This document shows, piece by piece, positions 1 through 10,793 of a stretch of 64,000 nt of DNA (the stretch's first letter is position 1; every line of letters starts with the position of its first letter). A program made the position numbers and the translations under genes. Source of the stretch: Thermodesulfobacteriota bacterium (lineage in GTDB: Bacteria > Desulfobacterota > Desulfobacteria > Desulfobacterales > C00003060); the NCBI GenBank assembly GCA_034189385.1, contig JAXHVD010000004.1:96001-160000 (forward strand), in the 5' to 3' direction. The notes beneath the pieces were generated by a model. That model searched no databases. It was not told the origin of the DNA and was given only the letters and a program-made list of their open reading frames with translations.

Positions 1-248
1 ACCTTGTGGCGGGTCTTCACCTCCACATTGAAACGGTTTTTGAAAAACTCCCCCGTGGTAATCAGCAGGCTGTCTCTTTTTTCAATCACGCCGGAAAGGT
101 AGTAAGGAAGACCACAGGTTGCATACGAAATATCCTCACCCATCTCAAACATGACAATGTCTGCGTCTTCGTTGCACCGCCGGGCCTTAGCCGCCGCTGA
201 CGCCCCTGCGGCCACACCGCCAACAATTACAAGCTTTGTTCGTTTCAT
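1..248 (-). CDS. FAD-dependent pyridine nucleotide-disulfide oxidoreductase (CoA-disulfide reductase/NADH oxidase family), N-terminal part, runs off the window
   Basis: Manual translation from ATG 248: MKRTKLVIVGGVAAGASAAAKARR...ISYATCGLPYY. Has the GGxxxG FAD motif and the SYAxCGLPY redox Cys motif. Not in the ORF track. Confidence 0.9.
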   Translation of the reverse strand, partial: MKRTKLVIVGGVAAGASAAAKARRCNEDADIVMFEMGEDISYATCGLPYYLSGVIEKRDSLLITTGEFFKNRFNVEVKTRHK

Positions 249-673
249 CTGACTCCTGATCCCCCTCATACTGTTCTTTAAGTCGATTTTGTCGTTCTGG
301 ATTGTAGCACCACCCACGTCTTCCCTAAAACCCATTATATCGTAAGGACAATAGTACCCATGTCAAGCCGTTCGCCCCAAATCTTGGTCCTTGTCCTGCA
401 GTCGTGTCCCAGAAGTACCTGTGTCGTTCGTCACTATGTAGGCGAAAGCCTTTTCCGCGCGACATGGAGCATTTTCGGAATCCACTTCTCCTTCACCCAT
501 GGGGCACCAAGGCTTTAAGGGTTTTCATGGATAACAGGGGCTCTAATAGCCCTTTCCTGGCGCCGATCTGACTTGACAAATGGGCACGGTGTTGTGAAAA
601 ATGGCGGACTGACACGCCGCCCTTGGCGTACCAGCCCTTAGCACTACCATATGATGACCGGGGATGATGGAGC

Positions 674-1117
674 ATGCTGGACTACACCTTCAAGCTGGAC
701 TTCCAGGTTCGTGATTACGAATGCGATATGCAGGGTATCGTCAATAACGCCGTCTATCAGAACTATTTGGAACACACGCGTCATGCCTTCCTGCAGACCC
801 TTGGGATCGACTTTGCTGAAGTGACAAGGCGAAAGATCCATCTCGTGGTCATCCGGGCAGAACTCGACTACAGGCACCCCCTTAGTAGTGGCGATCGTTT
901 TTGGGTTGGACTGAACCTGGAACGGGTATCACCCATCCGGTTTGCCTTCCTGCAGGACGTATACAGACACCCCGACCATCGACTTATCTTAAATGCCAGG
1001 ATCATTGGAACGGCCATGAACGAAAAAGGGCGGCCAGAACTGCCACCAGAGATTGAACGGATGCTGGCCGGAGGGGTATGGAAAAGGAGTCAGGGAGACC
1101 ACGATGAAAACGTTTAG
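674..1117 (+). CDS. Acyl-CoA thioesterase (YbgC/4HBT hot-dog family)
   Basis: VRDYECDMQGIVNNAVYQNYLEHTR motif. Confidence 0.9.
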   Translation: MLDYTFKLDFQVRDYECDMQGIVNNAVYQNYLEHTRHAFLQTLGIDFAEVTRRKIHLVVIRAELDYRHPLSSGDRFWVGLNLERVSPIRFAFLQDVYRHPDHRLILNARIIGTAMNEKGRPELPPEIERMLAGGVWKRSQGDHDENV

Positions 1118-2522
1118 AACCAGTGTGCTGGGCACCCTTTTGAGCTTTGTTGCCATGGGCCTCTGTATGGCACCCGTGGGGATGGCCAGTGCTCCTGCAA
1201 AAAAAGAAGAGCCCAAGATTACCACCGAGATTACACACAAACCGATCCCCTATTTCGTGCCCGAAAGCAGAATCGGGCTCAAGGTCAGAATCATGGATAA
1301 GCATAGCATTAACCTTGTGCGATGCTATTTCCGTGCCGCCCAGGAGAGGGACTATGTTTTTGTCACCATGATGCCGATAGTCGATTTCTATGAGGGGATT
1401 CTTCCTTCACCCAGTAAAGAGACAGAAGCTATTCAATACCTCTTCTTGGTGGTGAACGGCCGCAACCAAGTGGTGAAAACACAAACATTCGAAGTGAAGA
1501 AGAAGGATAAAGACAAGATCCCACCGTGGCAGCGAATAAGCTCAAAGGGCGACATCCGAGTGATCACTGAATTGGCCCAGCCCCCCAAGACGCTAGCAGG
1601 TTTCTCACACGCCATTGCCGTGGAAGTGGCTGAATCGTATTCGCGTTTCGGCTTTGTTGTAGATGGCCTTTACACAACCACACAGCAGGCAAGGGCTGGG
1701 GGACCCATCGGCATTGCTGCAGCAGCTGAATACGCAGGCACCGTTTTGGCCAAGACAGGAGATCGATCAACACTGGCCTATGTTGGCATAGGTGCTGCCC
1801 TGTTGGCAGGAGGGGCAGCGGCCGCAGGTGGAGGGGGCGGTGGAGGGGGAAATGGCAACCCAGCGACATCGTCATCAACGACAACGATCCCCTTCACAAC
1901 CACGTCATCGACCACAACATCAACGACAGTGCCTTCTACCACTTCCTCCACCACGACAGTGCCGTCAACCACCACAGTGCTGACGACAACATCTACCACT
2001 TCGGTGCCTGTCATAACAACATCTACCACCTCGGTGCCTGTCATAACAACATCTACCACCTCGGTGCCTGTGACAACAACATCTACCACCTCCTCCACCA
2101 CGACTGTGACGGCTCCCACCACGTCCACTACGTCATTTGCTCCCTGCACAGAAAACCAGCCCCCAAAGATGATCAGTGTCACGCCATATGGCTATCCAAA
2201 CACCACGTCTCTATGTGTGGGGGATCGCATGGCCTTTACGGCGAGCGCCTATGACGCTGATACGAATTGTGACATCCAACGGATTCACGTAAGGATTGTA
2301 AACACCAGCACGGGCGAAGAACGGGCGCAAGACTTCACTCCCCAACCTGGAACAGCCACCACCCATTTTACTGTCTCGGGGATCACCAATTACACCATTG
2401 GATTCGAGCAGGTGCAGTATTGCCTCTATGTGAGCCTGCTCGACAGATGCGGAAATTGGAGCGATGAGTTGTCCCGTTGCGCCTACAGCACCCCTTGCCC
2501 TGGCCACAGGGAATATCCTTAA
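1104..2522 (+). CDS. Secreted/membrane hypothetical protein with Gly run, Thr/Ser-rich linker and Cys-containing C-terminal domain
   Basis: Signal-peptide-like N-terminus from ATG 1104 (GGAG upstream); hydrophobic segment followed by poly-G and TTSTTSVPVI repeats. Confidence 0.7.
   Translation: MKTFRTSVLGTLLSFVAMGLCMAPVGMASAPAKKEEPKITTEITHKPIPYFVPESRIGLKVRIMDKHSINLVRCYFRAAQERDYVFVTMMPIVDFYEGILPSPSKETEAIQYLFLVVNGRNQVVKTQTFEVKKKDKDKIPPWQRISSKGDIRVITELAQPPKTLAGFSHAIAVEVAESYSRFGFVVDGLYTTTQQARAGGPIGIAAAAEYAGTVLAKTGDRSTLAYVGIGAALLAGGAAAAGGGGGGGGNGNPATSSSTTTIPFTTTSSTTTSTTVPSTTSSTTTVPSTTTVLTTTSTTSVPVITTSTTSVPVITTSTTSVPVTTTSTTSSTTTVTAPTTSTTSFAPCTENQPPKMISVTPYGYPNTTSLCVGDRMAFTASAYDADTNCDIQRIHVRIVNTSTGEERAQDFTPQPGTATTHFTVSGITNYTIGFEQVQYCLYVSLLDRCGNWSDELSRCAYSTPCPGHREYP
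1984..2090 (+). repeat. 30-bp in-frame tandem repeat (about 3.5 copies) encoding TTSTTSVPV(I/T)
   Basis: ACAACATCTACCAC(T/C)TCGGTGCCTGT repeated. Confidence 0.85.
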
Positions 2523-2687
2523 CAAAGATGCCAAGGGTTGATATGGTTCCGCTCACCTGGCAGAAATCCATCCCTTTTTGTGACAAAGGCCCTGAATGGT
2601 GAACCAAAGAGGCCGGCAGGTGAAAGGCAGCTTGTGGTTCACGGGCAAGCCTTGTGGACACCTAGAGCGTGAAAGGGGGAAGAGACG

Positions 2688-3257
2688 ATGGCAAAAGTAT
2701 TGATTCTATATGCCACTGACTGGGGAAGCACGAAGAAGATGGCTGAGGCCGTGGCCGCGGGAGTGGCCACCGTGGAAGGGGCAGAGGCTACAGTAAAGAC
2801 GGCAGAAGAGGCCACCGCCGATGACGTCTTAGCTGCCGACGCGCTGGTCCTCGGATCACCGGTTCACATGGGCTCCATGGACTGGCGGGTAAAGCAGTTC
2901 ATAGACAAGGTGTGTGGCGGGCTCTGGATGGGGGACAAGATCGTTGGCAAAGTGGGCGCCGTATTTACATCTGGTGGGGGCTTTGGAAACGCCGGTGGCG
3001 GCTGTGAGTTAACGATGCTATCCATGATGAACAACCTGGCGGAACTGGGGCTCCTGCTGGTGCCTCTACCAAAAAACACCCCGGGCTATCCAAAAGGAGG
3101 CCTCCATTGGGGACCCTACGGTCGCTCCATGACCGAGGACCTCCAACCCTTTGAGGGCGGCGTACCGGATGAGAGAACCGAGGCCGCCCTCCATCACGGG
3201 GCAAATGTGGCCAGGGTAGCTGCCGCAACCAAAGGCAGGACACTCTTTGCGGAATAG
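2688..3257 (+). CDS. WrbA-family flavodoxin-like NAD(P)H:quinone oxidoreductase
   Basis: LILYATDWGSTKKMA, ALVLGSPVHMG and GKVGAVFTSGG motifs. Confidence 0.85.
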   Translation: MAKVLILYATDWGSTKKMAEAVAAGVATVEGAEATVKTAEEATADDVLAADALVLGSPVHMGSMDWRVKQFIDKVCGGLWMGDKIVGKVGAVFTSGGGFGNAGGGCELTMLSMMNNLAELGLLLVPLPKNTPGYPKGGLHWGPYGRSMTEDLQPFEGGVPDERTEAALHHGANVARVAAATKGRTLFAE

Positions 3258-3571
3258 TTGCACAGGGTAATTTAAAAGACTATGGAGACCCGTTCTCGCG
3301 GGCTGTTGCCCTTGGCAGGATGAATCTGACCCCTTCATCTGGCCCCGCCATATGGGGCAGGAGACTGCTGAAGCTATGCACTGACGAGGGATTGAGAAAT
3401 AAGTGGTCATTCGCCCTGTAGGAAATAGACTTGACCTTCGTGCAGACCAGTTGGCCTTTGCCTCGGACGGCAGCGATATTCCGCTCCTGTTCGAAAAAAG
3501 TCTGCAGCTCGTATAACCACCGTGGCTGGACTTGCCCTGCAGACCATGTGCGCCCTGCCACGCCATATAAA

Positions 3572-4057
3572 ATGGATACCAACGCCCTACTCTGGCTGCC
3601 AGCTGTCATCTTGGTCATAACCGGTCTCGCAGGGCTGGCCTTTCCCGCGCTCCCTGGCGTTTTGTTGTTGCTTGCCGGGCTCGTCGTAGCGGCTTGGGCC
3701 GAGCACTTCGTTTATGTAGGCTGGGGCACCATCTCTATTCTCGCCCTTTTTTCCGTTTTCGCCTACGGAGTGGACTTCCTTGCCGGCGCACTGGGTGCCA
3801 AGCGTTTCGGTGCCAGCAAGCGGGCCATCTTGGGGGCCGCCCTAGGCGGTTTCATTGGCATCTTCTTCGGCTTGCCTGGGATTTTTCTTGGGCCCTTTCT
3901 GGGTTCCGTCTTGGGAGAACTGTCTGTCCGACGGGATCTACACGCCGCAGGGCGCGCAGGAGTTGGCGCATGGCTCGGACTTGTGGTGGGAACGGCCGCC
4001 AAGATCGCCATTGCATTCACCATGCTCGGAATCTTTGTACTTGCTCGTTTCCTTTAG
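3572..4057 (+). CDS. DUF456-family membrane protein
   Basis: PALPG...GAKRFGASKRA...GPFLGSVLGE motif; start moved to ATG 3572. Confidence 0.85.
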   Translation: MDTNALLWLPAVILVITGLAGLAFPALPGVLLLLAGLVVAAWAEHFVYVGWGTISILALFSVFAYGVDFLAGALGAKRFGASKRAILGAALGGFIGIFFGLPGIFLGPFLGSVLGELSVRRDLHAAGRAGVGAWLGLVVGTAAKIAIAFTMLGIFVLARFL

Positions 4058-4218
4058 AGGGAAGGTGGAAACACAGGATACATGCATCGTTGGGCTAAAT
4101 GTGTCCACGGGGGTCCCATGAAGGACGGCAAAAAGCCCAAGAAGGGAAGAGATATCCAAAATAAAAGGGCACTCCATCTGAAACAATGAAGTGCCCTGGT
4201 TCGACTTGGGAAAACGCC

Positions 4219-4419
4219 CTACTCGACAGTCACGTTTACTGCAGCTGGACCTTTTGCGCCCTGCTGGATGTCAAAGGTCACGCTGTCGCCTTCGTTGAGA
4301 GACTTGAAGCCAGACCCGTTGATCCCAGAATGGTGAACGAATACATCCGGTCCATCTTCTTGCTCAATGAAGCCGTAGCCCTTTTGGTCATTAAACCATT
4401 TTACCGTTCCATTGGCCAT
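4219..4419 (-). CDS. Cold-shock protein
   Basis: [15 protein letters not shown] and DVFVHHS RNP motifs. Confidence 0.97.
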   Translation of the reverse strand: MANGTVKWFNDQKGYGFIEQEDGPDVFVHHSGINGSGFKSLNEGDSVTFDIQQGAKGPAAVNVTVE

Positions 4420-4815
4420 AGTGACACCTCCCTTTCAAAGTAATTCTCATAGTTCCAAACTTCAGGCTGCCACTTTTGACAAATGGGTCTTCCTTCAGAA
4501 CGAAACCGGGTCGCCAATAAGGACGACCCTTTATTGATTACAGAAATTATAACACTTCCTTGAAAAAAATCAAATTATTTGTGTTTTTTTTGATAGACCT
4601 CGGATAAGGAAATCATGGCCAAGTGCAAGAAGGCCCCATGAGAATATTTTTCACATTATAGCTATCCTTTTTTATCCATGTTAAAACAATACCTTCTCGC
4701 TGATCCATCCATTCAGTCTCTTGGCCCTTTCAGTGTCCAGGCCAACCTCATGGGCGACCCCGGATGGGCCGTTTTTGAGAACACCGCGTGGGACAGCCTT
4801 TAGGGAGCTATATCC

Positions 4816-5712
4816 ATGATCTCCAAGACAGCCTTTAGGTCCGGATTTGTGGCCATTGTTGGTGCACCCAATGTGGGTAAATCTACCCTTCTAAACCAAT
4901 GTCTCGGGCAGAAGGTGGCCATCACATCGGAAAAACCCCAGACAACCCGCAACCGCATCCTCGGTGTGGCTCACCGTCCCCAGGCACAGCTCATCTTTCT
5001 GGATACCCCGGGCATCCATCGAGCCAAGGGGCCCCTGAATGCACGCATGGTAGAGGTGGCCCTAAAGGTGGTGGAAAGCGTTGATTTGGTCGTCCTCATG
5101 ACAGATGCCGCCGCTCCACACAAGGCCGCAGATGATATCATCCTGCGCGTCTTAAGAAAGAAGAACCTCCCGGTGGTCCTTGCCGTCAACAAGATCGACC
5201 TGGTGAATAAAGAGAGACTGCTTCCCCTTATCGATCAATGGCAAAAGGCCTACCCCTTTGAAACCATTGTCCCCCTATCGGCCCTTGAAGGCACCCAGGT
5301 GGACGAACTGGTGACAGAGATGCTGAAACTGCTTCCTGAAGGGCCCAAGTACTATCCGGACGACAGCCTCACCGATATGCCGGAACGCTTTATTGCAGGA
5401 GAAATGATTCGGGAAAAGGTCTTTCGCCTCACCGGTGAAGAGATCCCCTATGCCGTGGCCGTGACAGTGGAGTCTTTCAAGGAGCGTTTAGAAAAGGACC
5501 TTATTGACATACAGGCGACCATCCACGTGGAAAAGGAGACGCAGAAACCTATCATTATCGGAAAGGGGGCAAAGATGCTCAAACGGATCGGAACCCATGC
5601 CAGAAAAGACATTGAGCGTATGGTGGGGTGCAAGGTCTTCTTGAAGCTATTTGTCCGGGTACAGAAAAACTGGACCCGGGATAGCAGGGCCATCCGGAGA
5701 TTCGGCTACTGA
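4816..5712 (+). CDS. era: GTPase Era
   Basis: GAPNVGKST, DTPG, NKID and C-terminal KH domain (IIIGKGA). Confidence 0.97.
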   Translation: MISKTAFRSGFVAIVGAPNVGKSTLLNQCLGQKVAITSEKPQTTRNRILGVAHRPQAQLIFLDTPGIHRAKGPLNARMVEVALKVVESVDLVVLMTDAAAPHKAADDIILRVLRKKNLPVVLAVNKIDLVNKERLLPLIDQWQKAYPFETIVPLSALEGTQVDELVTEMLKLLPEGPKYYPDDSLTDMPERFIAGEMIREKVFRLTGEEIPYAVAVTVESFKERLEKDLIDIQATIHVEKETQKPIIIGKGAKMLKRIGTHARKDIERMVGCKVFLKLFVRVQKNWTRDSRAIRRFGY

Positions 5713-5713
5713 C

Positions 5714-6556
5714 ATGATCCTTTCCTTCCATCCAAACATTGTGGCCGAAAAGAACATCCTTTGTGCTGGCCGCCTGCCAAATGACGAAGATCGGGCTGCC
5801 ATTTGTCAGGCCCAGGCGGTGATCCTCTTTCAGGGCTGCACGGAGGCCCTTTACAAAATGTGCCGCCACCATTGCCCCCACGTCTTTCCCAACTATGACG
5901 TCCGCTTTGACTATCCAGGCAAAGTCGGCCAAGCCAGGCTGTTTCAAGAATTGGATGCCCCCTTCCCCCAGACGCACACCTTTGACCAGCTGTCTTCCTA
6001 CCAGGACCTTCGTGGCCATAAAGGGTGCCAGTTTCCTTTGGGCTTTCCTTGCGTCTTCAAGTTCGACTGGGGTGGCGAAGGGGAGGGGGTCTTTTTGCTC
6101 AAGACAGAGGCGGACCTGGCTGAAGCCCTAAAGAAAGCACAGCAGGTCGAACAAGGGGGCCTAAAGGGCTTTTTACTTCAGGAGTATATCCCTTGCAGCG
6201 CACGGAGCCTGCGGGTTGTCATGATTGGAGACAAGCTCATCAGCTATTGGCGCCAACAACAAAACAGTGCTGCCTTTCTCAGCAATCTTAAGTCCGGAGC
6301 GCTCATTGATCGCGGGTCAGACCCAGGACTCCAGGAGGAAGGAAAGGCCCTGGTCAAAGACTTTTCCTCGAAAACCGGCATCAACCTTGCTGCTTTTGAC
6401 CTTCTCTTTTCAGACACTGAACAGAAGCCAAACCCTTTTTTTCTGGAAATCAACTATTTCTTTGGAAGACAAGGACTGGGAGGGTCCTTGAAGTATTATG
6501 AAATGGTGGATGAAGCCGTGGCCCGGTGGCTCAGCAATATAGGGCTAAGTCTTTGA
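5714..6556 (+). CDS. RimK/glutathione synthase-like ATP-grasp protein
   Basis: VFKFDWGGEGEGVFL, LLQEYI and FLEIN motifs; ATG 2 nt after the era stop. Confidence 0.8.
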   Translation: MILSFHPNIVAEKNILCAGRLPNDEDRAAICQAQAVILFQGCTEALYKMCRHHCPHVFPNYDVRFDYPGKVGQARLFQELDAPFPQTHTFDQLSSYQDLRGHKGCQFPLGFPCVFKFDWGGEGEGVFLLKTEADLAEALKKAQQVEQGGLKGFLLQEYIPCSARSLRVVMIGDKLISYWRQQQNSAAFLSNLKSGALIDRGSDPGLQEEGKALVKDFSSKTGINLAAFDLLFSDTEQKPNPFFLEINYFFGRQGLGGSLKYYEMVDEAVARWLSNIGLSL

Positions 6557-7846
6557 ACGTCTTGGCCTTTGGCGCTTTTTTCTCGGCGATCCCTTCTTTC
6601 CCCTTGTGGATGAAGCAAAGGGCCTGGAGCGGCGGGATGTGACCCTTTTTCGTCTCGGCCGAGGCGGCTTGGCAATGTCCTTTTCATACCAATCATCGTC
6701 CGCCCATTGAACTGGTATCTTCTCTTCTACTAGTTCTTCCACGGCCTCAAGAAAATAGACGTATTTCTCACAGGCAAGCGTAATGGCCCGGCCGGTCTTG
6801 CCGGCGCGCCCGGTTCGCCCGATTCTGTGGACGTAGTCTTCAGGGTCTTGGGGAATATCGTAATTGATGACAATATCAATGTCTTCCACGTGAATACCCC
6901 TTGAGGCCACATCCGTAGCCACTAGGATCTTGATCTCTCCTGCCTTGAATCGTTGCATGATCCTCAAGCGCTTCTTCTGAGGGACCGTGCCCGTGATGCC
7001 TACGGCTGCCAAACCGTTCCCTCTCAGCTTCTGGGCAAGCATCTCTACGCCTGTTCGGGTATTGGAGAAGACCAGTACGCTGTCCCATGTCTCTCGTTTC
7101 AGCAACCCGAGCAAAAGGTTCATTTTCACACTATTTCCCACATGGTACACGACCTGGTCAATGCCCTTGACGGTGATTTCACGCTGGGCAAAGACCTCTT
7201 TTGGGTTGTTCATGTAATTATAGGCCAGCTCCATCACCGCATACCCAAGGGTCGCGGAAAAGAGCATGGACTGCCTTCTACTGTAAGGCGGCATCTGCTT
7301 GAGGATATAGCGGAGGTCTTTCACAAAGCCCATATCAAAAAGCCGGTCTGCTTCATCAATGACCAAGATGCGGATATTCTTGGGCCGAAAGACCTTCTGT
7401 TTCATGTAGTCGATCAAACGCCCTGGCGTGGCCACCACGATATCAGGGCCGGCGGCAAGGGCTTTTTGTTGCTTTATGTAGTCAATACCGCCAAAGACCG
7501 GCAGCACCTGAATCCCGGTATGGCCGCCCAAGACCTTGGCCTCTTCGCAGATCTGAACCGTAAGCTCTCGGGTGGGGGCAATAATCAGGGCCCGGGGCCC
7601 CGGACCCTTTGATGCCTTTTCCTTAAGCAGGCGATCGAAGATCGTGATGAGAAAGGCAGCGGTCTTGCCTGTGCCGGTCTGGGCCTGGGCAGCAATGTCT
7701 TTGCCTTTGGTGGTAAGAGGGAGGGCCAGGGATTGAATGTGCGTGCAGCGTTTGAACCCAGCAGTATCGATGCCCTTTAGGACCTGCTCTGGAAGGTCGA
7801 ATTCGGTGAACAGACTGTCTTCAGTTTCTATATCAGATACGGTCAT
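6545..7846 (-). CDS. DEAD-box RNA helicase (RhlB-like)
   Basis: AQTGTGKT, PTREL, DEAD, SAT and HRIGRTGR motifs. Confidence 0.95.
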   Translation of the reverse strand: MTVSDIETEDSLFTEFDLPEQVLKGIDTAGFKRCTHIQSLALPLTTKGKDIAAQAQTGTGKTAAFLITIFDRLLKEKASKGPGPRALIIAPTRELTVQICEEAKVLGGHTGIQVLPVFGGIDYIKQQKALAAGPDIVVATPGRLIDYMKQKVFRPKNIRILVIDEADRLFDMGFVKDLRYILKQMPPYSRRQSMLFSATLGYAVMELAYNYMNNPKEVFAQREITVKGIDQVVYHVGNSVKMNLLLGLLKRETWDSVLVFSNTRTGVEMLAQKLRGNGLAAVGITGTVPQKKRLRIMQRFKAGEIKILVATDVASRGIHVEDIDIVINYDIPQDPEDYVHRIGRTGRAGKTGRAITLACEKYVYFLEAVEELVEEKIPVQWADDDWYEKDIAKPPRPRRKRVTSRRSRPFASSTRGKKGSPRKKRQRPRRSKT

Positions 7847-8055
7847 AACGTAGCGAGAAGCGGTAAGGTTTGTGAGGGTGTAGGTCCATGGACATGGTCA
7901 ACTATAGAGCACCTGGCACCCCTTTGCAAGGACAAGACCACGGCAAATTCCCTTGAAATGAACAGACCGCTTTATTAGAGTCCAGGGTTACGGAGTTTTG
8001 TTCTCACACAAACAGTGATGCTACGAGGGAATAAGCGATCTGTCGGGGGATCTGG

Positions 8056-8361
8056 TTGGAGTCTTTTATTGTCGACATAGACGAAAGCGCCATGCACCGG
8101 GAGCGAGAAAAGGCCCGAAAATTGCGCCAATCCCAGTGGTGGAAGCGCCAGTTGGACCGGGGCCGTTGCCATTACTGCGGCCGGCCTTTCCCCCCCAGCG
8201 CCCTCACCATGGACCATATCGTGCCTGTGGTCCGGGGTGGCAAATCTAAAAAGGGAAATCTCGTTCCTTCCTGCAAGGACTGCAATAACAAGAAAAAGCA
8301 CATGCTTCCTATTGAGTGGGAGGCATACCGTCGCTCCCTTGCCGAAAATGATACCCAATAA
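8056..8361 (+). CDS. Small HNH endonuclease
   Basis: CHYC...TMDHIVP...GNLVPSCKDCN. Confidence 0.85.
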   Translation: MESFIVDIDESAMHREREKARKLRQSQWWKRQLDRGRCHYCGRPFPPSALTMDHIVPVVRGGKSKKGNLVPSCKDCNNKKKHMLPIEWEAYRRSLAENDTQ

Positions 8362-9613
8362 GGCCCATGGGGATTTGGGATGAGTAGGGGAAAAAGGCGA
8401 GGCTGACCCGGCCCTGGGCATTGATCCTCTGGAAAATTTCATCTGCCTCAAAAGAGGGGATCTGTTTCTGCGTATCCCAATCAGACATCTGTATCTTCAT
8501 GAGGATTTTGTGCGAATCGTCAATAAGGTCAAGGAGCGTGGCCGTCATAAAAGAAATCTTGTCATAGACGGCCTCCTCGGTAAGAGAAAGCTCTTTTTGC
8601 ATCTGCCTGTGATAGGCCATGACAGAGTAGTAGTCGATGGGAAGCTTAGTCGCTTCGGTGAGACTCTGGGACAACCAGGCCAGGGCGTTTTTAGGATCTG
8701 ACACGGATTCGTACACGAAATTCACGGCAATCTCTGTCTCAGGGTCCACCCCCTTTGCCGCACCGATCAGTTTATCGGCAAGTGCCAGGAGTTTTTCATT
8801 CTTCCACCTGGCCCATAGCCAAAAGGTGTCTGAATAGTGAGATACAAGCCCGCGTCCCTCTCTGTCCAGGAAGACTTTTCTGTAAAGCCTCTCAGGATCG
8901 AGTACCTTTCCTGTTTCCTTTTCAAACAGTGCCGCTGCCCTCGCGCTAAAATCCTCGTACTGATACATGACAAGATCGTCTTGAAATAAAATGCCATCTA
9001 TTCCTGATCTCACCACGTCCTCAAAAAGGCCTATGAGCTTCTTTTGAACGGCCGCACTAAAGATGCTCCACATCTCCATAGGTTCCAGTGACCCTGTTTC
9101 AAAAGAGTACCTGCGCGCCTTAGAGGCTTTTGGGTCCGGCAGCTCAAGCGGCATGTTGCGCGTCTCCATCCAGGCGTAGACCTTCAGCCCCTGACGGTGG
9201 CCCATGGATACGATTTTTGCCATCACCGGGTCCACCACCGGGGCGTGGGATGTTTGAAAGTAGACCCCTGTCTGGTGTTGAGGTCGGGCAAAACCATAGA
9301 GCCTGTCCCCCTCATTTTGAAAGGCGCGGACGATGATGGTGTTGACCCCTGCCGCCTTGAGGCCCTGGAGGCACTGCTCTGCCTCTTCATAGTCTCTTGA
9401 TTCAAAGACAGCGATCTGAGCCGCCAGCAGGCGCCGGATAGAGGGGAGTTTCTTTTCTTCGACAAAAAGCCTTGCCTCAGCTACCGGTTCGAAAGTGGGG
9501 CGGGGAACCACACCAGGGGTGTCAAGGTAACAGAGGCCAAAGAAGAAACCTGCCACAGATGCCACCATGACAGATAAGATAGCGTACTTCCTTTTTCCCT
9601 TTAAATGGGCCAT
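8309..9613 (-). CDS. PgaB C-terminal-like glycoside hydrolase (GHL13/GH153-like) with N-terminal membrane anchor
   Basis: GVNTIIVRAF, VYF, KVYAWM and DGILFQDD motifs; start uncertain (9613 or 9634). Confidence 0.7.
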   Translation of the reverse strand: MAHLKGKRKYAILSVMVASVAGFFFGLCYLDTPGVVPRPTFEPVAEARLFVEEKKLPSIRRLLAAQIAVFESRDYEEAEQCLQGLKAAGVNTIIVRAFQNEGDRLYGFARPQHQTGVYFQTSHAPVVDPVMAKIVSMGHRQGLKVYAWMETRNMPLELPDPKASKARRYSFETGSLEPMEMWSIFSAAVQKKLIGLFEDVVRSGIDGILFQDDLVMYQYEDFSARAAALFEKETGKVLDPERLYRKVFLDREGRGLVSHYSDTFWLWARWKNEKLLALADKLIGAAKGVDPETEIAVNFVYESVSDPKNALAWLSQSLTEATKLPIDYYSVMAYHRQMQKELSLTEEAVYDKISFMTATLLDLIDDSHKILMKIQMSDWDTQKQIPSFEADEIFQRINAQGRVSLAFFPYSSQIPMGLIGYHFRQGSDGMPPTQ

Positions 9614-10217
9614 CAAGACTCCTGGGGTCTGCATGCTCCACGCAGTCCCATGTTATGAGAAATTGCCTGCCCCCAGGAAACCGCCTGTTTACACCTGTCA
9701 GGGCTGCCCAACGGGTGGCCTGGAGACCAATTACCTTTTTTGGGAAGGGCGTCAAAGAGACGTCATGGGGAGAACGCGTACATCCGGGTGGGATAACTAC
9801 CTACTTTTATTTTATGTTCAAAAAGCCTTTTCTGTCAAGAAGTGTTGGCCGTCATCTCCACGCCGCAATGAGGGATTTCCTGCCCCCATCCTCCGTCTCC
9901 GGTCTTGTCACTCGTCACTGAGTGCCCTGCGCCCTATGCTTTACGCCTTTTGCCTCTTGCCTTCTGTCCTCCGTCGTCTCTCATCTGTTGTCTGTCTTTG
10001 CTCTCATCTCCGCTTCACCGGCTCCCCGCGTCTCCTCTCTCCCCCCTCGTCTCCGAGGCTGAAACTGCAAAACGAAAGAGCGTCCGTCAAATACTCTAGT
10101 GTGATACCGTGGTCGGAAGATGAATAGAACTCTTTACAGGGTGTACATATGAATAAGAGCTGATATCATTTTGACTTTTCGGACAACGAGGCCCCTTTAC
10201 CAAGAAATGGAGAAAAG

Positions 10218-10793
10218 ATGATGGAAAGACAGGATAAGTCGCTTTGTTCCGGCAATGAAACGTGTGGCATGGTTCTTCGGCCTGTAGGAATCATAAAGAG
10301 CAAGATTAAAGAACCTATCTTGGCAGCCGGAAACGATGGCATCAAAATGCAGGGGCAAATCGATGCCATGAGACGGAAAATGCGTGAAATGCGCCGGGAG
10401 ATTGCAGAAATCGTCATCAATGAACCCCTCACTGATGTTCTTGACGGCATAGAGGGGTATTCTCATCTTGTCGTGTTGTATTGGGGCCATAGAGTCCCTG
10501 AACAAAGCCGCTCCTTAACCAAGGTCCATCCCATGGGCAGAGAAGACTTCCCCCTGGTAGGTATTTTCTCTACCCACAGCCCTGCCCGGCCGAACCCAGT
10601 GCTCATGACTATTGTTCGGCTGTGCGAAAGAAAAGGAAACGTCCTGCAAGTCACCGGCCTGGACGCTGTAGATGGAAGCCCGGTTGTCGATATCAAGCCT
10701 TATGTCCAGCGCCTTTACCCCCGGGAAGAGGTGCTGACCCCTGAATGGATGGAGCGGATCGTGAAAGAAGTTGAAGAAGAAAACCTGAGATAA
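10218..10793 (+). CDS. trmO: tRNA m6t6A37 methyltransferase TrmO/TsaA family
   Basis: GIFSTHSPARPNP and GLDAVDGSPVVDIKPY motifs. Confidence 0.88.
   Translation: MMERQDKSLCSGNETCGMVLRPVGIIKSKIKEPILAAGNDGIKMQGQIDAMRRKMREMRREIAEIVINEPLTDVLDGIEGYSHLVVLYWGHRVPEQSRSLTKVHPMGREDFPLVGIFSTHSPARPNPVLMTIVRLCERKGNVLQVTGLDAVDGSPVVDIKPYVQRLYPREEVLTPEWMERIVKEVEEENLR

Noticed and set aside
7914..7928. sigma54 promoter TGGCACCCCTTTGCA
   Set aside because: GG-to-GC spacing is 9 nt, not the required 10.
8056..8361. HNH gene as a mobile or defence element
   Set aside because: Solitary small HNH in housekeeping context with no flanking repeats or partner genes.
9567..10127. 186-aa ORF and similar ORFs at 11207-11600
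   Set aside because: Translations of low-complexity pyrimidine-rich repeats with no recognisable domain.
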